Below are positions 8,354 to 17,456 of a stretch of DNA of 64,000 nt, in pieces (position 1 is the stretch's first letter; each line of letters starts with the position of its first letter). This stretch comes from an uncultured bacterium (lineage in GTDB: Bacteria > Patescibacteriota > Microgenomatia > UBA1400 > MFAQ01): assembly GCA_963980225.1 (NCBI GenBank), contig CAXBYW010000001.1:35301-99300 (forward strand). Reading direction: 5' to 3'. The notes under the pieces are model-generated. The model was not told the DNA's origin. It did no database searches and worked only from the letters and a program-made list of their open reading frames with translations. The position numbers and the translations under genes are program-made.

Positions 8354-9997
8354 ATGGTCTCTTGGTATACTTACTGTATGTTATCCAAGAAAACTAAGAC
8401 ATCAATCTTGTTGCTCGTAGCAATCTTAACTCTAGGCTTCTTGCTTCGCTTTTACAAACTCTCCACTCTTCCTCCAGGTTTAACTTGGGATGAAGCCGGT
8501 CTAGGTTACAACGCTTACTCAATTTTAAAAACTGCTAGAGACGAACATGGCACTTTCTTGCCTTTAACCTTCAAGTCCTTTGGTGACTACAAGCCCGGCC
8601 TTTATGTTTATCTAGCCGTGCCATTTATAGCTCTTACAGGGCTTACAGAAGTAGCTGTACGTCTTCCTTCAGTCATTGCCGGCACCTTAGCCATCTTTGG
8701 GGTATATCTTCTAGTCAATCAGTTGTTTGACAAAAAGAAAGCTCTCTTAGCAGCTCTCGTTTTAAGTCTCTCTCCATGGCATATTCATTTCTCCCGTGGT
8801 GCTTGGGAGGTTAACATATTTACAACAGTTCTCCTTTTTGCTATTTACTTTTTTATAAGGAGTTTGAAAAACTCAAGATACTTTATTCCTTGGGTTTTAT
8901 TGGCAGCTTCCACCATATTTATATATCAAGGAGCAAAAATGCTTACCCCTCTTATATTTTTAGGTCTTCTTGTAATCTACTTCCCTCAAGTCAAAAAAAG
9001 TTTTTCAAGCTGGTTAATACCAAAAAGCCACAAGGTTGTCGCTATTTTTTCCAGTCTTTTACTATCATTCTTCTTTATTCTTAACTTAACCGGCCCTGCA
9101 GGTAATCGCTTGGCTCGTCTAAGTATCTTTGGCTACAAGCCACAATTGTCTGGTGACAAGCTATTTCACAACCAGCCCTTGCTAACATCTCAGTTAATTG
9201 CATCAAGATATCTTTACCATTTCTCTCCAGAAGTTTTGTTTTACCAAGGTTCGACCATAACAGAAAGAGGTAACCTGCCCAAGCAAGGCATGCTTTATAT
9301 CACCGAGGCTTTTTTCTTACTCTTGGGTTTTGCAGCTCTAGCTAAGTTGAAAAACAAACAGTCACGGAACCTGGTTCTCTCACTTCTTTTTTTAAGTCCA
9401 ATACCAGCCTCCATGACCCTGGCAGAGTTTTCTACCTTTAGGGCTTTATTCATTGTCATACCTTTAAGTATTATTTCTGCTCTAGGTTTGCATTATTTTT
9501 TAACCAAATATAAAAAAATCATCACTCTTCCCATCCTTTTCTTTGTCATTTTAAATATTGTTTTGACTATAAATATCTACTTTAATCACTCATTTGAAGG
9601 TCTGGCCCCAGAGTTCAACTATGGTTACAAGCAGGCCTTTGATCAGATAAACACACTACCAGAGGCTAACAATATTATTTTTACCGACGTTTATGGTCAA
9701 CCTTATATTTATTACCTATTCTATAACCAATTCGACCCCGCAGCTTACCAAAAAATCAATTCATATCAAGGCCAAGGTATCGATGTTGGTAAAGTAGATA
9801 GGGTGGGGGATAAAATAGAGTTCCATCAGTTCAGCCACACAGAGATCTTTAACCACGCAAACACTTGGTTTGTTGGCACTAGAGGAAACATTCCTGACGA
9901 ATTTAACATAAATGACGGTAGGGTAGAGTACTATAGTGAAATATCGATACCCAACAGGGAGCCTGCATTCAGGTTAGTAAAGACCTCCAAGTTATGA
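8354..9997 (+). CDS. ArnT/PMT-like GT-C glycosyltransferase, tandem paralog 4
   Basis: 547 aa. LRFYKLSTLPPGLTWDEAGLGYNAYSILKTARDEHG, FGDYKPGLYVYL, AVRLPSVIAGTLAIFG. C-terminal IPNREPAFRLV. The true start may be the internal ATG near 8378. Confidence 0.75.
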   Translation: MVSWYTYCMLSKKTKTSILLLVAILTLGFLLRFYKLSTLPPGLTWDEAGLGYNAYSILKTARDEHGTFLPLTFKSFGDYKPGLYVYLAVPFIALTGLTEVAVRLPSVIAGTLAIFGVYLLVNQLFDKKKALLAALVLSLSPWHIHFSRGAWEVNIFTTVLLFAIYFFIRSLKNSRYFIPWVLLAASTIFIYQGAKMLTPLIFLGLLVIYFPQVKKSFSSWLIPKSHKVVAIFSSLLLSFFFILNLTGPAGNRLARLSIFGYKPQLSGDKLFHNQPLLTSQLIASRYLYHFSPEVLFYQGSTITERGNLPKQGMLYITEAFFLLLGFAALAKLKNKQSRNLVLSLLFLSPIPASMTLAEFSTFRALFIVIPLSIISALGLHYFLTKYKKIITLPILFFVILNIVLTINIYFNHSFEGLAPEFNYGYKQAFDQINTLPEANNIIFTDVYGQPYIYYLFYNQFDPAAYQKINSYQGQGIDVGKVDRVGDKIEFHQFSHTEIFNHANTWFVGTRGNIPDEFNINDGRVEYYSEISIPNREPAFRLVKTSKL

Positions 9998-11616
9998 AAA
10001 ATAAAATAGCCATACTTCTAATAATTATCTTAGCCTCTATTCTTAGGTTGTATGCCTTAGATAAATTCCCAGCTGGTTTAAACGCTGATGAAGCAGCCAT
10101 AGGTTACAATGCCTACTCACTCTTAGAGACCGGTAAAGACGAACACAGTGCCTCCTGGCCCTTAGTTTTCAGGTCATTCGATGACTATAAACCACCTCTA
10201 TATTTCTACCTCGTTCTTCCGTTTGTAAAAACCTTAGGGTTAAACGTTTGGTCGGTACGTCTTCCGTCCGCTATTCTAGGTGTTGCTTCCGTTTATCTCA
10301 TCTATCTTCTCACCAATCAACTTTTTAAAAAGAAAGGTGTGGGGTTGCTTACAGCTCTATTGCTTACAATCTCTCCTTGGCACTTACACTTCTCTCGTGG
10401 TGGCTGGGAGGCAAATTCGGCTACATTCTTTCTTTTGCTGGGTGTCTGGGCATTTATCAAAGCTTTAAAGGAATCAAAATACTTTTTTCTTTCAAGCACC
10501 TCTCTAGTAGCTTCCTTATACGCCTATCACTCCATGAGGTTGGTTGCCCCGCTTGTAGTCCTATCTCTTCTATATATATATCGCTCCAAAATTAAGATAG
10601 ACAAACACATGGTTATTTCAGCTATTCTAGGCATCGTCTTGTTTTTGCCTGTAGGCAAGCAAATGTTTGGATCAGAAGGTACATCGCGTTTTTCTGGAGT
10701 CTCAGTATTTTCAGATGAGGGTCCATTATGGGAGGCCTTAGAAAGACGTAGACAGTCACCTAATCCTAATTCCATTTCAACTAGACTTATCCACAATAAG
10801 TACCTAACTTACTCAAGACGTTTCCTGTCAAACTACCTATCTCACTATTCACCTAGGTTTTTGCTTGTTACTGGTGATGAAATTGCTAGAAGTAAGGTGC
10901 CTGGAATGGGACAGTCTTACCTATTCTTAGCACCATTTTATGTATTAGGAATATTTAATTTACTCAAAATGAATACTAAGGGTAAAAAAGTTGTTCTGTT
11001 TTGGTTTCTAATAGCTCCATTGGCCGCCGCTCTTACTTTTCAGTCACCTCATGCCTTAAGGGCTCAAAACATGGTGATTCCCCTTACTGTTCTTTCTGCT
11101 ATTGGAATATACGAATTCTTCAACTTTTTAAAGAAAAACAAAGTGGTGTCTACGATATCTGGTCTTTTATTTATTGCCCTACTAACTTACAGCAGCACCC
11201 GTTACCTGCATCAATACTACACCCATTATCCTCAGGAGCTCCCCTTTGCCTGGCAGTACGGTTTTGATCAGGTGGCCGATTACATTAAAAAGAATGGAGA
11301 CAAATATGATTCCATCATCATTTCCAACCGTTATGATCAACCCTACATAATCATGGCTTTTTTCTTACAGTACCCACCAGATAAATTCCAACAGGAAATA
11401 AAACTAGAACCAAGAGACAATTTTGGTTTCTCCACGGTAAATGCCTTTGGCAAGCTCAAATTTAAAGCCATAGACTGGGGAGAAGACAGTAAAGCAAAAA
11501 ATACTTTAATTATCACGACAGAAGAAGGTGTTGACGAAAAAGAAAAAACTATTTACGAGGTATTGTTCCCTAATAAAGAGCCCGCGTTTAAGTTTTACGA
11601 GACCAGTCGTATATAA
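9994..11616 (+). CDS. ArnT/PMT-like GT-C glycosyltransferase, tandem paralog 5
   Basis: 540 aa. LRLYALDKFPAGLNADEAAIGYNAYSLLETGKDEHS, FDDYKPPLYFYL, SVRLPSAILGVASVY. C-terminal FPNKEPAFKFY. ATGA-coupled to paralog 4. Confidence 0.75.
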   Translation: MKNKIAILLIIILASILRLYALDKFPAGLNADEAAIGYNAYSLLETGKDEHSASWPLVFRSFDDYKPPLYFYLVLPFVKTLGLNVWSVRLPSAILGVASVYLIYLLTNQLFKKKGVGLLTALLLTISPWHLHFSRGGWEANSATFFLLLGVWAFIKALKESKYFFLSSTSLVASLYAYHSMRLVAPLVVLSLLYIYRSKIKIDKHMVISAILGIVLFLPVGKQMFGSEGTSRFSGVSVFSDEGPLWEALERRRQSPNPNSISTRLIHNKYLTYSRRFLSNYLSHYSPRFLLVTGDEIARSKVPGMGQSYLFLAPFYVLGIFNLLKMNTKGKKVVLFWFLIAPLAAALTFQSPHALRAQNMVIPLTVLSAIGIYEFFNFLKKNKVVSTISGLLFIALLTYSSTRYLHQYYTHYPQELPFAWQYGFDQVADYIKKNGDKYDSIIISNRYDQPYIIMAFFLQYPPDKFQQEIKLEPRDNFGFSTVNAFGKLKFKAIDWGEDSKAKNTLIITTEEGVDEKEKTIYEVLFPNKEPAFKFYETSRI

Positions 11617-11626
11617 TTACCTTGCT

Positions 11627-12478
11627 ATGAAAAAGCAGACCCTTTCGGTGGTTTTAGCCACCTACAATGAAGAAGAAAACATTGCTGACTGCATAAAGTC
11701 GGTTAGTTCGGTGGCGGATGAAATAATAATTGTAGACGAGTCTTCAACAGATAAAACCAGAGAGATAGCCAAGAAGCACGGCGCCTTAGTTTACAAAGTA
11801 AAGCACGAACCAATTTTCCATGTTACTAAAAACAAGGCTATTAAAAAAGCCAGCAAAGATTGGGTTCTCCAAATGGACGCCGATGAAAGGCTTACCTTTA
11901 AGATGGCAAAAGAAATTTCCGGGATACTATCAGGGGAGTACTTTGGGGTAGATTCTTGGCTTTCACCCATCAAGCGATCTTTATTGTTTTTTCCTAAGCC
12001 TAAAAAGTTGATTCAACCAGCTGCTGCCTACTGGTTACCTAGAAAAAACCTATTCCTAGGTAGATATCTAAAAAACACTGGTCAGTACCCAGATCCAGTC
12101 ATCAGACTTTTCCAAAAAGGTAAGGCAATCTTGCCTGCCAAAACAGTACACGAACAACTAGATGTGTCTGGTACAGTCGGATGGTTACAGTCAGACCTAG
12201 ACCATTTAGCTACTCCCAAGTTTGAAAGGTATCTAGAGCGCGAAAATCGTTACTCTGATCTAGAGGCCAAGCTTCTACAAGGTAGGGGAGTTAAAATCAC
12301 AGTTTTAAACACTCTAACTTACTTATTTTTTAAACCCACAAAAACCTTCCTTTCCTTATATATCCGCCACAGAGGTTTTTTAGATGGTTTCCCTGGGTTT
12401 GTTTTCTCTCTCTACTCGGGTTTCCACCACGCCTTCTCCTACATGAAGCTTTGGGAAATATATAAGAACAAGTCATGA
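11627..12478 (+). CDS. GT2 glycosyltransferase (WaaE/KdtX-like subfamily)
   Basis: LSVVLATYNEEENIADCIKSV…IIVDESSTDKT, and C-terminal RHRGFLDGFPGFVFSLYSGFHHAFSYMKLWE, typical of this GT2 subfamily. The start was chosen at the first ATG after the upstream stop codon; the ORF-track start at 11528 overlaps the previous gene. Confidence 0.7.
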   Translation: MKKQTLSVVLATYNEEENIADCIKSVSSVADEIIIVDESSTDKTREIAKKHGALVYKVKHEPIFHVTKNKAIKKASKDWVLQMDADERLTFKMAKEISGILSGEYFGVDSWLSPIKRSLLFFPKPKKLIQPAAAYWLPRKNLFLGRYLKNTGQYPDPVIRLFQKGKAILPAKTVHEQLDVSGTVGWLQSDLDHLATPKFERYLERENRYSDLEAKLLQGRGVKITVLNTLTYLFFKPTKTFLSLYIRHRGFLDGFPGFVFSLYSGFHHAFSYMKLWEIYKNKS

Positions 12479-13494
12479 ATAAATTAAGGATTCAACTAAA
12501 CTCAGGTGAACACTCCAAGGGTAGGGGAGTAGGAAACTACGCTAAAAACCTTAAAGAAGCTCTAAGAAAAAACCAATCTATAAAATTGGTCACTAATGAT
12601 CCAGATATTGAGCATTACACTTTTTTCGATCTTTTTTACCCTACCCTACCTCTCAAAAAAAAATACCCCACAGTAGTTACTGTTCATGATTTAACCCCGC
12701 TAGTCCTTTCACATTTGTATCCAAAAGGCCTTAAAGGAAGTATTAATCTATTAAGACAAAGATTGTCTCTGGTAAATGTTTCAGCTATCATCACTGATTC
12801 GGAAAACTCAAGAAGAGATCTAATAAAAATCTTTCTTCTTCCTCCAGAAAAAGTTTTTGTGACTCCCCTAGCAACAGATAAAATTTACAAAACTCAACCT
12901 TCTCCAATTTCGGTGGGAAAAATTAAATCAAAATTTGATCTACCAGAAAAATTCATTCTTACTGTAGCTGGTGGGCCCAACCCTAATAAAAACCTTCCTG
13001 CTTTAGCAGAAGCAACCAAGGTTTTAAAAATCCCTTTAGTCATAGCTGGTGGTGGTGTGGCTAAAAAAGCTCCTCAAGGTAAAGTTCATAAGGAGTTGCA
13101 AGATTTAGTTAAATTAAGAGGCTACTCTCATGTCATTACTCCCGGATTTATTACCAACAAAGAGCTTCTAGCCTTCTATTCACTAGCCACCCTTTACTGT
13201 CAACCTTCCTTGTACGAAGGCTTCGGTCTACCTGTACTAGAGTCCATGCATGCAGGTTGTCTAGTCGTATCAAGCGACACTAGTAGTTTGCCAGAGATCT
13301 ACGCTCCTGGAACCATTACTTTTGATCCACAAAGTCAAGATAGTTTACAGAATGCTCTCCAAAAAGCTCTTGACCTCTCTGATAAAGAAAAGAATCAACT
13401 TATTAAAGAAGCCAAAGAGGTAGCTAAGCAGTTTACTTGGAAACAGACAGCTGATCAAACAGTAGAGGTTTACACCCAAGCACTTTCATTATGA
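12475..13494 (+). CDS. GT4 glycosyltransferase (GT-B fold)
   Basis: C-terminal EGFGLPVLESMHAGCLVVSSDTSSLPEI (EX7E-type GT4 motif). Confidence 0.75.
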   Translation: MNKLRIQLNSGEHSKGRGVGNYAKNLKEALRKNQSIKLVTNDPDIEHYTFFDLFYPTLPLKKKYPTVVTVHDLTPLVLSHLYPKGLKGSINLLRQRLSLVNVSAIITDSENSRRDLIKIFLLPPEKVFVTPLATDKIYKTQPSPISVGKIKSKFDLPEKFILTVAGGPNPNKNLPALAEATKVLKIPLVIAGGGVAKKAPQGKVHKELQDLVKLRGYSHVITPGFITNKELLAFYSLATLYCQPSLYEGFGLPVLESMHAGCLVVSSDTSSLPEIYAPGTITFDPQSQDSLQNALQKALDLSDKEKNQLIKEAKEVAKQFTWKQTADQTVEVYTQALSL

Positions 13495-14567
13495 AGAAAA
13501 TCTTTTTAGTATTTTTTGTTTGGGTAATCACTATCTATGCCTTTACTTTTTTAAGTTCAACCCCTGCTTTCTTTGATTACTCATACGAATCAACTTCAAT
13601 GATTAAGGAAAATATTCCCAGCATAAGGCACTTGCTGAACTTTGACGGTAGTCATTATCAAAACATTGCTCACTTTGGCTACATCAAGAAATTTCAAACA
13701 GCTTTTTTTCCGCTTTTCCCAATAATGATAAACTTCGTAAGTTTTATGACTCAAAGTCATCTAATTTCAGCTCTCCTTATTTCCTTGCTTTGTACTTACT
13801 TATCAGTTTTAGTTATTGTTAAGCTTTTTAAAAAACCAACGGCGGCTATTATCTTGATATTTTTTCCTCTCTCTTTCTTTTTTCTGGCAGGTTATACAGA
13901 AAGCCTGTTCCTTTTTCTGTCTCTGTTGTCTTGGCATTTCTTTAAAGAAAAAAAATATTTACTTTCAGGTGCATTAGGTTTCTTGACCTCTCTTTCAAGG
14001 TTCTATGGAATTCTACTTTTCCCCTCACTCCTACTAGAGTTTTTTCTAAAGCTACCAAAAAACAAAAGATTAAAACTTATCTCTTATAAACCCGTTGTCC
14101 CGCTCTTGCTGATTCCTTTAGGTTTAGGTAGTTACATGGTCTACCTACAATTAATTTACCAAGATCCACTCGCCTTTTTTACCGCTCTTTCTCTTTGGGG
14201 TAAGTCAACTATTACTTTTCCTTTACAGACCATCTATCGCTACTTTAAGATTATCACTACTGTATCACCCACTATTATTCAGTACTGGGTAGCTCTACTA
14301 GAGATACTAAGTCTAGTAGTAGGTCTCTTGGCATCTCTTATTCTTTACAAGCAAAAACAATTCTCTTACTCACTTTATGTATTCTTAGGCTCGATCATTC
14401 CTTCCTTTACAGGGACTCTTCAGTCACTTCCAAGGTACTTGCTAGTTTTGTTCCCAATCTACTTTATTAAGTTACCAGTCAAACTTCATTTTCCTATCCT
14501 TGCTGCAAGTTTTACTCTTCAACTTGTACTACTCACCGCATTTTTAACAGGCCACTTCATTGCCTAG
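13491..14567 (+). CDS. PIG-V-like (GT76-like) membrane mannosyltransferase, paralog A
   Basis: 358 aa, polytopic. LNFDGSHYQNIAHFGYIKKFQTAFFPLFP matches my recollection of the PIG-V family loop motif (WDxxHYxxIAxxGY…AFFPxxP). Confidence 0.5.
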   Translation: MKKIFLVFFVWVITIYAFTFLSSTPAFFDYSYESTSMIKENIPSIRHLLNFDGSHYQNIAHFGYIKKFQTAFFPLFPIMINFVSFMTQSHLISALLISLLCTYLSVLVIVKLFKKPTAAIILIFFPLSFFFLAGYTESLFLFLSLLSWHFFKEKKYLLSGALGFLTSLSRFYGILLFPSLLLEFFLKLPKNKRLKLISYKPVVPLLLIPLGLGSYMVYLQLIYQDPLAFFTALSLWGKSTITFPLQTIYRYFKIITTVSPTIIQYWVALLEILSLVVGLLASLILYKQKQFSYSLYVFLGSIIPSFTGTLQSLPRYLLVLFPIYFIKLPVKLHFPILAASFTLQLVLLTAFLTGHFIA

Positions 14568-14599
14568 TGCAAATCGTGTAAAATCAACGAACCCTTAAA

Positions 14600-15739
14600 A
14601 TGAAAGTGAAAAAATTTCTTTACCATCTTTTAACCTGGAGATTTTCTCTTTTAGCAATCGCGATACTCGCGATTTTTTTTATTCCTCTTCGCTCTGGCTA
14701 CACTCTTCAGTCTGGCACATTTTCATTTAGTGACCTGTCTACCATGTGGGCTAACTTTGACGGTCTAACTTATCTCAACTTGGCAGAGAATGGTTACGAA
14801 AATCTACACTCTCAAAATCAGTATGCTTTTTTCCCAGTATATCCTTATCTAATAAAGACATTCTCATTTTTAGGATCATACCTTGCTAGCGCCTTAGTTG
14901 TCTCCCATCTTTCATTTATTTTAGGTCTATATGTTTTTTACAAGTTAGTTCTACTAGACTTTCAAAAAGAGGTAGCTTTAAGGGCTGCTTTTTTATTGCT
15001 CATATTTCCCACATCATTTTTCTTTGGTTCGGTCAGCCCAGAATCTTTATTTTTTCTTCTTGCGGTCTCGGTCTTCTACCTGATTAGAAAAAAACTATTT
15101 CTACCGGCAGTCTTGCTGGCTACTATCGCATCTGCCACTCGTTTTGCAGGTATTTTTCTTTGGCCCGCCATAATAATCGAACTCTGGCAACAAAACAAAA
15201 CAAATTTAAAGAAAACACTTAGTGATCCTCGTTCCGTACTCATGCTTCTGCCGCCACTGGGATTACTATCATTCATGCGTTTTCAATTTTTGCATACAGG
15301 TAAATGGATTAATTTCATTAGTACTCAACCAGGCTTTGGGGCCAATAGGGTGGTCAACAAGTTAATTTTATTACACCAAGTTTTTTACAGGTACTTTAGG
15401 ATGTTGACTCAGCTAAGTCTCTTTACTGATCCAATATATTTCACCATCGTCTTGGAGCTAGTGATTATGGTGTTTTTTTTGGGATTGGTCTTCCACGCTT
15501 TCAAGAAAACCAGGCTTAGTTATGCAGTCTTTGCTACTCTATCACTGCTGGTCCCTACGCTTGCAGGTACTTTTTCTTCAGTACCTAAATATGTACTAAC
15601 TATTTTTCCAGCCTTTATTGTGCTGGCTCTATTTTTTAATAAAGCTCCTAAAAAATATCAAAATCTCTATGTTCTAGTCTCAGTTATTCTATCTATTGTT
15701 TCGATCGCTCTCTGTACTCGAGGCTATTTTATATCCTAA
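14600..15739 (+). CDS. PIG-V-like (GT76-like) membrane mannosyltransferase, paralog B
   Basis: 379 aa, polytopic. ANFDGLTYLNLAENGYENLHSQNQYAFFPVYP, the same motif as paralog A. Confidence 0.5.
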   Translation: MKVKKFLYHLLTWRFSLLAIAILAIFFIPLRSGYTLQSGTFSFSDLSTMWANFDGLTYLNLAENGYENLHSQNQYAFFPVYPYLIKTFSFLGSYLASALVVSHLSFILGLYVFYKLVLLDFQKEVALRAAFLLLIFPTSFFFGSVSPESLFFLLAVSVFYLIRKKLFLPAVLLATIASATRFAGIFLWPAIIIELWQQNKTNLKKTLSDPRSVLMLLPPLGLLSFMRFQFLHTGKWINFISTQPGFGANRVVNKLILLHQVFYRYFRMLTQLSLFTDPIYFTIVLELVIMVFFLGLVFHAFKKTRLSYAVFATLSLLVPTLAGTFSSVPKYVLTIFPAFIVLALFFNKAPKKYQNLYVLVSVILSIVSIALCTRGYFIS

Positions 15740-15864
15740 AAACAATCATTTTAATCTCATAATAATCTATTAAAGGAATTTTCGTGTTACAATTCAAATT
15801 CTAGATAAAACATATCAGCACTTTCACAAATGTTTTTTAAATATTTTTCCAAAAGGAGGAAAAA

Positions 15865-16716
15865 ATGATGAACAGCATGGCGATCGACATGGGTACAGTT
15901 TTTCACGCTATAAACAGACTAGAAAAAAATTACTCAGGTAAAAATCAATACTGGAAAGCAGTAAACCCAGAACAAGCAGTTGCTTTGGAGTTTTACAGAG
16001 TCTTCCATGACATGCTCTCCAGGTCTGAAGGTTTCAAGGGAAAAGCCTCTCCAGACTGGGAAGTTCTCAATGAATTTCTAGAGGCAAATGATCTCGGTAA
16101 AATGTTCGACAGGTCTCTTAATGGGATTGGTATCATATCAATTCTTGACGAGTTGATACAGTATTCTGAAGAAGTTTCTCTTTGTGAAATCTACGGTGGT
16201 GATTACAACAATCATGCTGGTGTCAAAATTCCCGAAGGTTCTTATTTTGTCAGTCATATTCAAAGTTTAGACAATGAATTGATATGCATACACACCAAAG
16301 ACAACAATTCTCTCTGGCTTACCATGCCAGATTCACCTCCTAAAAATCCAGTTGATCTACTGCAAATTGTTTTCAACACAATGATGTCTCCAGGTACAGG
16401 CTCTCTTATCGGACCTTTTGGACATATCAAAGTCCCCCAAATCAGGTTAGATCTTAAGCCAGACATTAGTTTTCTCTCTGGAGCTTACACTTACGATCAA
16501 AATTCAAATAAACGATGGGTTATTTCCCAGGCATATCAACGATTCAAGTTGAGAACAAATCTCGAAGGACCCAGGGTAATAAGAAGGGGTACGTCTCCAG
16601 ACGAAACGGAAATATTAGTCTTCGACAGACCTTTCATTGGCTGGTTGGATCATCCAGGATCAAATTTACCCGCTGCCATTTTTTATGCGGATTACGATAG
16701 CTGGAAAGCACAATGA
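15865..16716 (+). CDS. Hypothetical soluble protein (orphan, 283 aa)
   Basis: Strong GGAGG Shine-Dalgarno at 15855-15859 with a 5-nt spacer. A 125-bp AT-rich non-coding stretch lies upstream and an intrinsic terminator follows directly. No TM segments and no recognisable family. Confidence 0.55.
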   Translation: MMNSMAIDMGTVFHAINRLEKNYSGKNQYWKAVNPEQAVALEFYRVFHDMLSRSEGFKGKASPDWEVLNEFLEANDLGKMFDRSLNGIGIISILDELIQYSEEVSLCEIYGGDYNNHAGVKIPEGSYFVSHIQSLDNELICIHTKDNNSLWLTMPDSPPKNPVDLLQIVFNTMMSPGTGSLIGPFGHIKVPQIRLDLKPDISFLSGAYTYDQNSNKRWVISQAYQRFKLRTNLEGPRVIRRGTSPDETEILVFDRPFIGWLDHPGSNLPAAIFYADYDSWKAQ

Positions 16717-16741
16717 TTTAAGATAAAAATAACTTCACCCC

Positions 16742-16771
16742 CCCCCACAGATATCCTGTGGGGGTTTTTTT
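16742..16771 (+). terminator. Rho-independent terminator
   Basis: 9-bp GC-rich stem CCCCCACAG / CTGTGGGGG, loop ATATC, then TTTTTTT. Confidence 0.75.
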
Positions 16772-16799
16772 ATTAAAAAAAATATACAATACCCATATC

Positions 16800-17456
16800 A
16801 TGACATATCTAATTATTCCTACTTTTAACGAAGGTAGTCGCTTAACCAAGACTTTAAAGGAAGTTAAAAAACATATAAACGAAAAAAATATAGTTGTAGT
16901 TGATGATGGTTCAAGTGTTCCTGAAAGTTTACCCAAAGACTCTAAAGCTACTTTAATTCGCCACCAGATAAACCTGGGTAAGGGTATGGCCATGAAAACA
17001 GGCGCAGACTTTGCTTTTGGAAAAGGTGCTAAAGCAGTTATCTTCATAGACGCAGACCTCCAACATGATCCCAAGCATTTACCTAAATTTAAAAAATTAC
17101 TTAGAAACAATGACTTGGTCTTTGCATCAAGAGTGCCCAGCCTTAAGGCACCTCTAGTTCGCTTGCTGGGAAACAAGTTTGCCTCCATATACATAAATGT
17201 CCTTTTTGGGGTATATATCTCGGACATCTTGTCTGGTTACCGAGCTTTAAACAAAAAAGCCTACAACCTACTTAAGTGGACATCACCTCGTTATGGTGTA
17301 GAGACAGAAATTGTTGCCAGGTTAGGGAAACACACAGACAAGCTAAAATGGGTAGAATTCCCCATAGAGACAATTTATATAAATAAGTACAAGGGTGTTA
17401 CAATCATAGATGCAATTAAAATTTTACAAAAATCAATATGGTGGAAGCTTTCTTAG
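16800..17456 (+). CDS. DPM1/GtrB-like polyprenol-phosphate sugar synthase (GT2), no TM segment
   Basis: LIIPTFNEGSRL…VVVDDGSSV…GKGMAMKTGADFAFGKGAKAVIFIDADLQHDP. The start was moved to the ATG at 16800 because the 16758 start would overlap the terminator. TACAAT at 16785-16790. The antisense ORF 16718..17227 is judged spurious. Confidence 0.7.
   Translation: MTYLIIPTFNEGSRLTKTLKEVKKHINEKNIVVVDDGSSVPESLPKDSKATLIRHQINLGKGMAMKTGADFAFGKGAKAVIFIDADLQHDPKHLPKFKKLLRNNDLVFASRVPSLKAPLVRLLGNKFASIYINVLFGVYISDILSGYRALNKKAYNLLKWTSPRYGVETEIVARLGKHTDKLKWVEFPIETIYINKYKGVTIIDAIKILQKSIWWKLS

Noticed and set aside
11528-11626. Longer N-terminal extensions of the GT2 (11528), methyltransferase (18764), YkgJ-like (43367) and ftsL-like (62183) ORFs
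   Set aside because: The extensions overlap the upstream genes and precede a better-placed ATG, which overlaps the upstream stop or follows a -10 hexamer. The extension sequences are basic, low-complexity and non-conserved-looking.
16560-16716. C-terminus of the 283-aa orphan (…ILVFDRPFIGWL…NLPAAIFYADY) resembles the serpin signature [LIVMFY]-x-[LIVMFYAC]-[DNQ]-[RKHQS]-[PST]-F-[LIVMFY]-[LIVMFYC]
   Set aside because: It matches 8 of 9 positions of the PROSITE-like pattern I recall (G at the last defined position fails). The protein is about 100 aa too short for a serpin fold. It has no Ala-rich hinge (GTEAAAAT-like) upstream. Probably a chance match. An HMM search with PF00079 would settle it.
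16718-17227. 169-aa ORF on the minus strand
   Set aside because: It lies entirely antisense to the well-supported DPM1-like GT2 at 16800..17456 and has no family features. It is a shadow ORF.
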